A stretch of 63,927 nucleotides of DNA, counting the filler, from Hyphochytrium catenoides (taxonomy: Eukaryota; Protista; Hyphochytriomycota), in assembly GCA_900088475.1 (NCBI GenBank). It is 5 parts of 5 records of this genome, joined end to end, with 100 filler letters (N's around TTAATTAATTAA, not from the genome) between each part and the next. Parts side by side here need not be neighbours in the genome. Positions count along the whole stretch, not along the records: positions 10,146 to 41,929 come from FLMG01002519.1; positions 42,030 to 51,293 come from FLMG01001422.1; 3 more parts are not named here. One strand, 5' to 3'. Under the pieces are notes generated by a model that saw nothing but the letters and a program-made list of their open reading frames with translations, was not told the DNA's origin and made no database searches. The position numbers and the translations under genes are program-made. Each line of letters begins with the position of its first letter. Position 1 is the stretch's first letter. This document shows, one piece after another, positions 34,750 through 46,800 of the stretch.

Positions 34750-37250
34750 CTCACTCCAGCTGCTGACAATGGACAGCTCCTTGGAACCTCGACTGGACTA
34801 GCAACAGCTAGGGTCTCTCTCTCTTTGGTCGGGAGCTATCTCTCCGATAGTGGTCTATTGCCAAGCGCTAAGTAGAGAATGAAGGCAGTCTTCCGCCAAG
34901 CAGGTAAGGAGCTACTCACACCTTCCTCTTCATAAGGATTTGGAACTAGATGGTAGATGATGCCCAGGACGCCGGAGCGCTACGAGAGGTGCTGTCAAAG
35001 ATAAAGACATCGAGGATGAAGTCTCTACATGCGCCCGCTTATGATGACCTGGGCTCGGGTCGCTACAGAACGCGGCCAGGAGAAGTCCCTCTTGGAAGAG
35101 CTGAGTCATATCGATTCGGCAGAGAAGAAGCTCCAGAAAAGAGAGAATCTACTCCAGACACTTCCCTTCATGTGCCACAATAGGGACTAACATTGAATAG
35201 CGTACTTGGCTGTCGTCAGCCCCAGCCGGCATGAAAGAGGCAATCAACCTCCCAAACAATGCTGCGCTTGGGTTGCACGCGTTGCCTACTGGCTGCAGCT
35301 AATCTAGGATCTCAAGATTGGTAAGCTGGTGCGAAGTGCAGCAATAGATGATAAGGTGCTTTGTCTAGGAATTGGCTAGATACATTAGTGAGACAGTGCT
35401 ACTGCTGCATGCGCATAGTCAGCGTCACATAGAAAGCGTTAACATCGTGGAGAGCGTTCGTACTCCCTACGGCCCGGCTCTTTCCCAAAGACTATGAGCG
35501 TGAAGCTTCAGGGAGGATGTGGAACCTGCTTCAGTCTCTCATCCTAAGGCTTCTGGAAAAGTGCAGCTTACGAGTTGACTGCGTCTGGAGATTCCTAGGC
35601 TTGTGCGTCCTTAGCAGAGGCCACGAAGTAGTGATATCCCATGATAGACACCATAATTGTCACGCCGAGCATGTTTACAAAGCTCATCAGAGCGTTGTCC
35701 ATTTCGTCGCTGCTGCTCTCACGCATTCATACGAGTAGAAAGGAAGAAAGTGGCACAGTGCATTAGTCTCTTCTACTAACTGCCTGCCAGCAGGAGAGCG
35801 GACTTGATAATAGCTACCTCGCTTGAGGTGTAAGGACACAAAGCATGACGTATACCAGGAGTGAGGGGGTCACTAAAGAGAAGACGATGTAAGCGCTGCA
35901 GTATCACAAGAAGAGGTCATCAGCACTATCAAGAGGATAGAAAGAGACCAAGGTGCCTAACAAACAATCACCTCTCACCTCATTTTTGACGGAGGTTAAC
36001 CTTTGGAAGCCGTTAGAGATCTATTTGAGCTAGTTTCAGGCTAAGCTGCTATGGCTATGGCAGCCCTGAATTCTAGTGTCTTCAACAACTTGATGGTAGC
36101 TTCTGTGGGCGAGTGGTCCACTTGCATAGACATTGAATGAGAGCAGAGATCTCTGGAGAGATCTGAAGCTTCATCAGAGCTTTGTTCCAGTGCTGTGAAG
36201 CTGCCAAGGAAGGGAGGATCTTCTATCCGTCATGTATTCCTGATGAAGAATCCCAAACTGCAATTTATTCCAGTACATCCTTGTCTTACATTCCCAATAT
36301 GAAGTATCCAGAGGAGCAGACCGCAAAGTCTCCAGAATTGCCTGACAAAGCTTCCCCAGTTACTCAGCAATCGGGCCAGGGAAGATCTCAGCAGACTGTT
36401 TGGGCTCCGTCTCCCAGATGTGAGGCTGCCATGAATGACCATTAGTACCTTCGTGAAAGCTTGGAGTAGTTGATGTTCTATACTTTCTGAGATCATGAGA
36501 AGAGCCGATGTTGGGTTGAGAAGGTCTGGTGAGCGACAGTTGAAAGGAGTAAAGAAACTGCAGCGGTAGTAGGGCTTTGGAGGCAGATCTCAGTTGCTAC
36601 CGCAGCCTCGCAATTGGCAAATAGGCCCCAACGGAGCTTACCCCTGCAGTGCTAAGCGTCCTGTCGGCATTGCTTACCAGACCTCTCTTCAGCTCATCAA
36701 TGTCTTTCGTCATGACTTCAGTATGTCCCCTGCCACTATCACGAAGGTACTCTGGCCTTTCATAAAGGCTAAGACTCAACATGACTGGGGCCGAAGAACA
36801 GTCTTAGTTATTGCCCCATTACGCATCTGGGACCTTGCCGCACAATGTTTTTCAAAAGGTCTGATGAGCGACACTAGAAGATTACCGTGCGCTGCTAGGA
36901 CAAGGCTCGGGATGCAGACCTCACTTGCACCGCAGTCGCGTTGGGAGGAGGACGGAGAGACATAGTATGTCCCATCTGTGCCCTTATTCTCATTCTCAAA
37001 ATGCTTGACAATGAGACCATCGGACTCTCGAGACCTGAATGCTGAACTGTCCCTACATTCTCCTTGAAAAAAGATACCTACATACCCCGCATGCTCCGGG
37101 CCCGTCCATGCGGCGCCACATTTCCACCACTCAGCTCCATAACAGGTGAGGCTTGCTTTTTGGTGCTGGACGTCTCCAGTGACAAGTGCGTTTATGAGAG
37201 AGTTTGGGCTCACGGACGCGGACGCGGACCTTCTCTTCCCAACAAAGTGC
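34750..37250 (-). pseudogene. Possible decayed coding sequence of unknown family
   Basis: Microsatellite-free stretch with coding-like composition. Minus-strand ORF fragments lie close together in different frames (36776-37213, 36597-36782, 36230-36496). No motif recognised. Confidence 0.25.
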
Positions 37251-37535
37251 TTCCACCACGTCTTGTTACACTAATATCTGTTGTCTCTTTATCTTTCCAA
37301 GAGATGCGGCAGCTGTATTCCCTTCACTGGATTAGCTCCTGGTGCTTCGCTGCCTCTCTGCTTTCCGTCACTTCTTTTCTCTGCATGCGGGCGTTCCCTC
37401 CGCCCTCACTTCTACTATCTCACTATCTCTAATAAGATTTATTACCGTCAAAGATGTGCAGCAAGCAGTATTAGACGAGGAGAATGGTCTCATTAACGAT
37501 GTAATAGTGTCTAAGCCTCTCAAAAACCGTGGAGG

Positions 37536-40144
37536 TCACATTTCCCAAGTTACCAGCCTACCCATAGGAGTCTCGTCATACCTGAGGTGGGTCGATAACA
37601 GAATCCCACCTGAGCCCTCCGAATAGCTCAGCATCATATCTGCACCAACAGCTTCAGCACCATCATCCCCTCTTCTGAAAAGTTTGAGTCTGGCTCCCAA
37701 GTCGTCTATAGTCTTCTGAAGTCGCAGTCTCAGAGACACTTCTGTCCCATCAAGACGACACGCGAGGCTCAGTGATATAGAACGACCGGGATTGCTCTGC
37801 TTCAGAGCTCGCAGCTTTCGCACACGTTCCTCTGTCCAACTGTCGCAGAACTGCTCCATAACCGTGACTGCGACACTTTCACTGGAACCACGAGTCCCAT
37901 AATCTTCATGATGTTCCATCCATATAACACACTGAGCAGACTGAGTCTCGATTAAAAACTCCGCTAGACCAGTTCCCGTGATTCGCCAGCTTGCAGGAGA
38001 GAGGAAGATGAGTTCCAGCCTTGGTAATTTAGCTAGCGCTCTAAGGCTAGAATCTGTGAAGTGCCGCATAGGCCGCTGATCATGTCCGCGTCCTCCGACG
38101 GGGTGCACGACAAAAAACCGGAGGTGTTGAAGCTTCTCGACTATCATGGCTACCGTCTGGTCGGTCACTAGGACTACAGAACATCATGAAAGCACAGTAG
38201 ATGTGTTAGCTGGGGGTGATCGGCTTGTTTATAACAAGAGAGCACTTGGTACACACCTTCCCTGAGGTCGCCTTCAATGGTGAGCTCTTCAAGGTTTGGA
38301 CAGGTCGATAGGAAGCTTCCCAGTAGCTCTTGGTTCCTCATTCGGTAAGTGATCCACCAATCTCGAGATTCATACCACAAAGTCAAATACGAATTCTCGT
38401 CTTCCTCCTTCCAACCATCATCCCTCGGATCCTCTTCTTCATCGCTTTCTTCATCACTTTCTTCAACTTCAACGTAGTAATGATGCCCGGAAAACTTTAG
38501 GCAGCGTAGCATAGGCTTCGGAATGTTGCTCACTGCAGACCAGAAGCCATCTTCTTGTTTAAGGTCTTCATCCTTGAACTCCCATGCACGCAGATTTTGA
38601 CACTGCTGGAACAATGTCAGCATTGTCTCAGCTGAAGCGGTGTGTTCCATGTAGAGTTCAAGGTGCTCATTGTATCCTCGCCCATCAAACGACTCCAGCT
38701 GAGGAGCGTAGGTGGATAGCAAGTCATAAAACCTGTCATCTGCAGACCGCTGCCCCTCAAGAGGATGCAACATTTGGAGTCTACGGATGCCCCCATTGTA
38801 AAGGTACCAGCGCTTCATAGCAAGCTCGAAAATAGTAAAGGTTGGACCATACACTGATTCATGACGTGCTTGGTCCACGAAGCCCATACTAGACAGTGTC
38901 GACGAAGGTCCATCGGCTTCTTGGTACGCAAACGTGACATCCGGGAAGGTGGAGCCATACCCGCTTTTAGGGCAGTTATTGAGGCTTAGACTCTGCAGAG
39001 CCCGGAGATTTCTTGAAGCAGCCTCCAGGACGACATTCTCCCCAAGCTCAGGTGGAGTGATAGAATTTACCTTGGACCAGTCTAGAGTTAGGCTTTGAAG
39101 CCTCGGTACTGCCTTGAATAACGTATCCCATAACTCCAAGATCTCGTCTGAGATCATCCGTGATGTCCCCCCATTGTACTGGACATTCCATGGGTCCACC
39201 CCAATCTCAAGGTGCACGACACCGGCTCCTTTACTCTGCAATTGCTTGATGATGTCCCTGAGCTGGGACCTACAGTCCTTTCTGAGGTCTATATTGAACT
39301 GCTCGCAGAGGTTTACCTTAAGGGCTTCAATCTCACCCTTCTTGATGGCATCCGCAAATTCTGGGCAAACGGTCGCCAGTTGCTCCAGCACGCGACGCCT
39401 GGAAGTCTTCCGAAATCCCTTCGGTAGTACCACTTCATCATGACTGTTGGGGTGTATGAACCGCCAAACATAGGCTTTCAGGAAAAAGAGGTAATGGGGT
39501 ACTTGGTCGTAGGAGTCCTGAACCCAGAAGTCCTCTGCCTGCGACCTCTCCGCTACCTCAGTAAGAACTTTAAATAGAATCTCTGCGGGAAGTGCGGCCA
39601 AATGAGCTAGCTGTTTTTTCCCCACATTATACTCCATGTGCATTAGAGGCCCCTCTTGAGATTGCTTGCCGAAGTCAAAGGGTGGTTCTTCTCTAATAAG
39701 AGCTCTCCTCAGCTCTTCATACCGGTCCCAGCTCTCTTGAACCTGTCGCCGCTCTGCATCAGACTTTTCAATATACTTGGCCTTCTCCACATCTGATAAA
39801 GCCCTCCACTCCGCGCTAATCACAGCCGCTCCTCTTTTGAAATCCAGCCCGGTAAGCGCAGAATATCTTTCGTCGCTTGATTCAGCAACAAGACAGGGAG
39901 GAAAGGAAGAGTTAGCGAACCTCACAGTTCTTACGCGCCAAGATGCTTGCAAAGGAAAGAGGTGTCGTTCCCCTACTACTATGAATGAGGCTCACCTGTA
40001 CAGCATGTAGGGTGACCGATACACTCGGGAGCGAGGTTTTTCCAAGAAAGGTGGCGGTTCAAATACGTCTAACACTCCTCCTTGTCTGACCAAGGTAGTG
40101 TTCATTGAGGAGGCAGGTCTCTGTCCCTCGCTAGTGCACACCAT
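37536..40144 (-). CDS. HMG-box + F-box + leucine-rich-repeat protein, about 801 aa, 3 exons
   Basis: Exons 40144-39996, 39875-38257 and 38173-37536 (2406 nt, in frame). HMG box RSPYMLYSDERY...AAVISAEWRALSDVEKAKYIEKS; F-box LAALPAEILFKVL; LRR-type units PRLQSLTLD, RALQSLSLNNC, CQNLRAWEF, CPNLEELTIEG and FTDSSLRALAKLPRLELIFL. Confidence 0.82.
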
Positions 40145-41184
40145 CGCCGCAATGAAGAATACTTCTCTGAAGGCTTGAACCTAAATATTAATGCCGTCGG
40201 ATTTGTAGTTTCGCCGCGATTCACTGCCAAGGAGTGAAAATGAAAATGACTTGATTGCGTTTGTTGACCGAGGAGGAGGAACCGTTAGGAACCCAATAGC
40301 CAGTGGAACGAGAAGAAGAGTATTTATAACGGTGGACCGAAAAGGAGGAACCTCCTCCTTTTTCCTAGACAGAGTGACTCATCAGAGATGAATTGGTTCA
40401 TGCGCCCAAAAAAATGAGACAGAGTAGAGTGATAGAGGCCAGGGTGAATGAAAGAGAGATGGACCTTGATGAAGTTAGTGACGAGCTTGCTGTAATCTTA
40501 TACCACAGCAGTAGTTCTAGTCGACTCGTTTTACTAGTTTCTGGATTATAGAAAGGCCACATCAACTGCAAAAGAAAGAAAAAAACAGTCCCTGACCCTA
40601 ATAAACAATAAATAATAAACTATTCCGGGGGCAGAATTGAGGAACTGGAGAAAACTATTGAAGTTCTCGCTAGAAACAAGGCTTTTATTTTATAACCAAT
40701 AAAATGCTAAAACTGCCGCATGGATTATAAAAGTAAAAATAAATAAGAATGTTGAGGGGGCAGTAGGGGGGGTACTACTTTTATTATCCAGTTTTCTGTA
40801 CTGTAGTTTGGAGGAAAAAAGGCGTTACCGGGTCAACTTTTTTCCCTCCTAGTCCGAGCCTAACATCTTCCTACAGTAACATCATCACTGAATAATGGTT
40901 CCAACCTCGGGGGCTTTCTAGAGATTCGCAGACATGATAAAAAGCTTCAAGAAGCTTGCTGACGAATCTTTATAACTTTTGCGTTCGTACTGCCTAATAA
41001 GGCTTACTTCCGTCGGTCTGGCTTCTACTGCTTCTGCGGGCGTGTTGAGAGCAAGAAGTATCTGCTGTGCGTTTGTCTGTACGCAACAATGGTGGGCATA
41101 GTTCCTACTTCACTTCACAATTAGAGATATATTTTGGTGACTGTGCATCTGCGCGAGACAACACATCTTTAGCCTTCCATAAAG

Positions 41185-41929
41185 ATGGCTTCGGGATTGC
41201 GTGATCCGCCCTATGACGCAATGTCTCCCATAATACCCACTGAAGGCTTGTCCTCCCCAAAGAATCCTGACGTTGGCCTGGGGCTTTCAGGTATCAGCCT
41301 TTCATCGGATGGCGATCTTGAACATCGCATCATAAAGGAGGAGAAACCTCGCACCCTTTACCTTATACTAACCCCACTGGCTGCAGCATTCGTTGCGTCA
41401 ATTGCGTACGTTGACCCGGGCAACTTCGCGACCAACGTTCAGGCAGGTTCCCAGTTTGGTTACTCCTTGTTATGGGTTGTCCTTCTTGCCAACGTGAGGG
41501 CCATGATGTTCCAGTATCTTTCGGCAAAGCTAGGAATAGCTTCTGGGAAAAGCCTAGGCAGATGCTGCCGAGAGAACTACAATCAGTATGTGAATGTTGG
41601 ACTTTGGATAATAGCAGAGATCGCCGCCATCGCGACAGATATCGCCGAGTTTGTTGGCGCCTCAGTCGGACTTAAGATCTTGAATCGGAATACCTCTAAT
41701 ATGGGGAGCTGTGGTAACAGCTGCGACAACGTTCTCTCTCCTTTGGGTGACAGACCTTGGCGCCCGAGCCTTTGAAGGAATAGTAGTGGGATTTATCTCT
41801 GTGATAGCCGGATGCTATGTGGCGGAGACTATATTGGACGATCCAGAGTGGAAGAAAGTGTTCACCAACCTATTCGTTCCCAACCACTGTAAAACGACAT
41901 CGGTAAACCTCCAGTAATCCTCTAGTATA
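41185..41929 (+). CDS. mntH: Nramp/MntH divalent metal transporter, prokaryotic-type sequence; +1 frameshift at about 41683; 3' truncated by contig end
   Basis: AFVASIAYVDPGNFATNVQAGSQFGYSLLWVV, QYLSAKLGIASGKSL, AEIAAIATDIAEFVG. Removing one A at 41683/41684 restores LKILIGIPLIWGAVVTAATTF...GARAFE. Confidence 0.9.
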
Positions 41930-42029
41930 NNNNNNNNNNNNNNNNNNNNNNNNNNNNNNNNNNNNNNNNNNNNTTAATTAATTAANNNNNNNNNNNNNNN
42001 NNNNNNNNNNNNNNNNNNNNNNNNNNNNN
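41930..42029. other. Artificial contig linker 44N-TTAATTAATTAA-44N
   Basis: Identical 100-bp spacer. Confidence 0.97.
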
Positions 42030-43886
42030 CTTCGTCTCGTATCCGTACTGTCCACCAAAACATGCAATGATTCTTGTTGAAAAACGCTTCTTCGATGTAG
42101 AAGGCGGGAAATCGTGGCGATAGGGCAATGGCGGGGGGCAAGGAAGCTGCCTGCCCAAAGAGCTGGTCAGGATGACCGGAAACTCTCCGTAGTCAGCACC
42201 TATTAGTCAGGAAGAGAGAGAGAGAGACACACGTACGGATTGATCTTAATAGTGGCTGGAAACCTTCTTCTTTCCTAGTTTCGTGGTCCCTTTTCGTAGG
42301 TGCTTCCTGCTGCTTTCTTTCTTTCCTTACTCTTTCTAACACTCTCTCTCTTTCTTTCTCTCTCTCTCTCTCTTTCTTTCTCTCTCTCTCCCGCACGCTC
42401 TCTGTGGGTGGGTGCTTCTGTCTCGTTCTGCCCTTCTTAGTGCTATCTCTTCTAGTCATTCCCCTATCTGATTCCCCTTCTTTTGCCCTGTCTCTGCTAG
42501 TAATATAAACCAATAATGTAGGGTCCCCCCACCTACCTCCTCAGGTTATTAGGAAGATCTTGACCAGCCTCCTCAGTCTGTCTGATGGCAGTTCTCCCAT
42601 AGATCTGACTCCGCATCACCACGCACGCATGCCATCCATCCCACACCGGGACCAAAGCTTCAAGAATAGAGAGACAAGCTCCTCCCTGTCTCTAATAAGG
42701 TCTCTGAATAATAGGACAGAGAGCATCAGACAGACAGAGCAAGGGAAGAAGCCTGGCGCGCCGTCGGAATCCCCCTCCACCGCCGCCGGAAATAGAACCG
42801 CTAACCGCTACATCCCGGAAAATAACTGTTAACCGCTATAATAAAGATGCTGTACACCGAGTACAAAGCGTACAACTACAGGGAAATCACAATAAAATCA
42901 CAGACGAAGCTTAATCCGATTACTATGGTGCTTAGGTTTGATTACTTCATCTGGGTGTTCTGATTAATTGAAAAACCGTGATGCACCGGCCTCAACAGTG
43001 ATCGCCTTCACTGTAGTTGTAGAAATGTATGGAATCTCTTGGAAATTTGGAGCTCTTTGTCTGCAGTCGTACAGAGTCTGCTTCGCTGGGCATTGACCGC
43101 AGATGAGGACTCTGGACAGTATGTGTACCTTAGCCATGTACCTTGACTACCTTCGACCTTAGCCCCTTCCTTGTTCGTGAAGAACGCAGGGAGAGATCGC
43201 GGTGTTGGCGAGGATGAGACCGAGACCTCGTGCTTGGCGGTTTGGACATTAGCGACCTCTATTACTCTTAGAATTAATGTATGGAGCGTCACAAGGTTGC
43301 GCTATCTCCCTGAATTTGCCGGATTCGTGGGGTTTTCGATACATCCTTAAGGCCTGAAGAACAACCGCTGCAATAGATTCTCTCCACGGTAATAGTGCCT
43401 GCCCCTGTGAAGGTCTACGAGTTGTTCATCTTGCTCTCAGCCTTAAGACATCCTCGGGCACACAGATAAAGTGGGCCCGGGCAAGCTCAATCGCTATAAA
43501 GACGTAGACACGTGTTAGTGGCTCCTAGTACCGTCTGAGGGTCATTCTGGTTTAAAAGCTTAGCGACCCCGCTTTCAGCAGCAGCACGAGTAACATGATC
43601 TGCTAATGTCACTTGATCCGCCATCCTCGGTTATCGAGGACATGACAGATAGCAAGTGGCGCTTCCTCTCTGTTGCGCATAATTTCTCTTCCGCCTCAAG
43701 CCATTCCAGGCATGGTGGGAAGCTTGTCTTAACGCGCCACATGAACTCAACGATCCTGGTTTAGCACCAGCCACAATCACTGCTCTTGCTTGTTGACTGT
43801 CGGACTTTATGGATACAGTTCTCTTTGTCACAGGACCTGATCGCTAGTCTGGACCATTTCCTCCGCATTGTGATCTACACTGTTCC

Positions 43887-46800
43887 CTATCCTGCCAGTG
43901 CGAGCTGCCGCTCCTTGGGATGTCTCTGTCTCTCGCGTCCTTTTAGCGCTACGTTGTCTAGTCTACCGCGAGATTCCTCTAACCGCCTAAGAAGGAAATC
44001 CCTTGTGTAGACATAGCGTTCATCCTCTGGCGACCTTGGCTTGCAGATGTCCATATGGTTGGCATCAGCGATCAGATGGAACTCGCCCACGCCTAGGGAC
44101 CAGTGGAAATGAGGGAGGAAGACATAAATGAGACCGTTGTCCCGTTAGTATGTGGCACTAAGCTTCTGTCTTGCTCTGTTGCTTACCCGGCTCAGCGGAG
44201 GAGGGAGAGACTATCAGTGTCCGCAGCCCATAGGCGATTTGGCTCTTTGCTCCTGCAAGATAGGGAGTGCCATAGTGAGTGCCTCTAAACTAATAATGCC
44301 CGCGCTTCAGCAATGGCCTTTGTGCTGCCTCCCTCACCTTCTGCCAGACTGAGCACTTTCTCACCAGGAAAGTGCTGTCTAAAGCTGCTGTTCAAAGCTG
44401 CCAGCTCAGGAGAGTTTGAGTGAAGGTCTACTGTCTGCCTCACCAGCAGGAAACAGGCAGAAGACACCTTAGTACTGAGTGCTGACAGGCCGTATGAACG
44501 TTGGAAAACGTATGGGGAAAGGCTAGGAAAAGCAAAAAAGATGGCAAGGGTAGAGGACAACGATGAGGTCCTTACATGAGGGTGCACGCCCAAGAGAGAA
44601 AGAACTTTGATGTCCTTCGCTGAATGGATATTTCCGCCAAGATGGGGCGTTGCATAGAAAACAACTGCTTCAATATTCTCGAGGAGGTTGGACAGGGCAG
44701 CAAGGAGGGCGGGATCTCCTTCCTCCTCTCCACTTACTCCGCTCTTTGCCTGCTGCACGGCGCGCGCTGCAATATCAATCATCTCCTTGCAAATGATGCC
44801 GCCCATGCTGTGCGTGAGAAACACGACTTTGCGCCCTTCTTGTCCGACACCAGCCCTCAGCAAGCTCTGGTAAAGGACGCCGCGGTCAGAACAGAGGAGC
44901 GGGATTGAACCAGGAAAGTAAGGTCTAGACCGTGGCACGGGGGCGAAGAAAGATGGTAAGGAAGCAAGTAGAGAGCAGCAGTAGGGAGGCCTTGCGTGGT
45001 AAAGATGAGACGGTGGCCTAGAAGTGCAAAAGAAGAGATAGACAGGCCCGGAGAGAGGGGATGAGCAGACGCCATCCACATACAAGAGGCAGCACAGAAG
45101 ATGCAAAAGACCCTGAGATCACTGCGACGTGTCATAGGTGAGAGGCTTAGAGTGAAGGGCAAGCTCACATTAAGAGTGACTGCTGCTCTCTCTTTCAAAG
45201 TCATCGGTGGCCAGAGGCTAGAGGTGGTCAGCAGACCCGCATCATAGCCCACAGTGAGAACTCTTGGGCCAAACCCTCGTGCAGAGAGGTCACGAGGCAG
45301 CCAATCCACCGGCCAAAATCTCTCTTCTCCTTCTCCAGCTGCCGGCTTTCTAGGGCGGCCTAGGATACTCGCTCTTATGCCTCCCTCTCCTTGGGGAATC
45401 CTCCAAGTGCGGAATGGGTGGCCGCGCAGCCCGTGTATGAACACTGCGTCGACCGGAAGAGAAGGAGACTCTGAAAGACTACTCTCTTCATTTTTCTCGC
45501 TGTAGTCACCAAAAAGATAGATGCCGTCGTCAAGGACAGTAGACTGGCGTGAGTCGTCTCTTTTTGATGGAGAAGAGAGAGTGGCTGCTGCATATAAAGC
45601 TATAAGGTTATGGCGGGCCCGTCTTGCCTGCTGCTGGGCATCCAACCTGGCTCGCTGCAGTTCTACCTCCGACTGTTGAAATGAAATCTGGATACTAGGA
45701 AGCTCACCTTCACTGCAACGAGAGACTGAGGAGAGAAGCCGACTAAGCGGCACGTGAGACTCAGTGTCTAAGTGTCGGTTGGGGTCTCGGTTTCTGTTCG
45801 CACCAAGAGCACTGGCTACATAGGCCTGCGCAACCTCAAAGAACCTACCCGGTGCACGGCGATGCACCTTTCCACGAGTTAACGATGAGAGACAACAGAG
45901 AGAGAGAGAGAGAGAGAAAGAGAAAGAGAGAGAGAGAGAAGAGAGAACACCAGTCAAATTGAGCGCCAGGGCAGCTTGGGTGCTCAAGAGAATTACATCT
46001 ATCGACCATCCAAGGTAGAAGCAATAAAAAGATTCAGTTGCCACGAAGAACAGTCTCCTGTTGGGCAGTCAGAAGGTAAGGCAGCGGGAAAAATGAGGGA
46101 AGAGGAGGAAGGAGAAGAACAATTGAAAGGAGTATGCAAACAAGTACGGAGAAGAGAAAGAGGAAGCCTAAGCTGTTAGGAGTGAATGGGACTATAGACG
46201 CTTAACCTACTGGATCACATTCTGCGGCTGCCATGTTGGCAATGATCCTAAGGATTAGGCCCAGGCACCTGTAGGACGAAAGATTCTCTAGCAAGGCCGC
46301 ACAGACATCCAACACGCCGCGACGCAAAAATTCTTCCTGATATGCAGACTTTCCCTAAGGGAAGGAAAGCAAAGGGAGAATATCGAGAAAGTTATACAAT
46401 CGAAGCGTTTCTCGAACGCTCAGCCTTGCAAGTCACCGCGCAGGCAAAGGCGAAAGGTGAGAGCTATTTGAAGAGCTAAGAGCGAGGCAAAGACACCAAA
46501 AACAGAGACCAGATTGATAACGAGAGGGGCAAGAAGGAAAGGGAAGATGAGAGACAGAGGTATGGCTACACTAACCCAAGGTAAAGCAAAGTCTATTGGT
46601 TCACTCATAGTCCGTTAGCAAGAGATAGAAGACCGACCAGTTTAGGTTTCTCTTACCGCCAGCGTTCCAATAGCGTCTAGCAGAAGCTCCTCAACTCTAT
46701 CCTGCGGGAGTAGCTGAAGGGCACGTGTCCCAGTGAAGCCCAGTTCGTTATCAGAAGGGCGTTCTGGTCGCACAGCCAGTCTCACTTCTCTCTCTATGGA

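Noticed and set aside
40340-40362. Hairpin AAAAGGAGG-AACCT-CCTCCTTTT resembling a terminator or Shine-Dalgarno sequester
   Set aside because: Short, low-complexity and in a eukaryotic divergent intergenic region; no support for function.
41888-41898. TGTAAAACGAC matching the start of the M13 forward primer near a contig end
   Set aside because: Only 11 nt match and the sequence then diverges; consistent with chance.
43008-43292. 94-aa ORF with a C2-domain-like start (LILRVIEVANV)
   Set aside because: Non-ATG start, upstream in-frame stop and no further C2 features.
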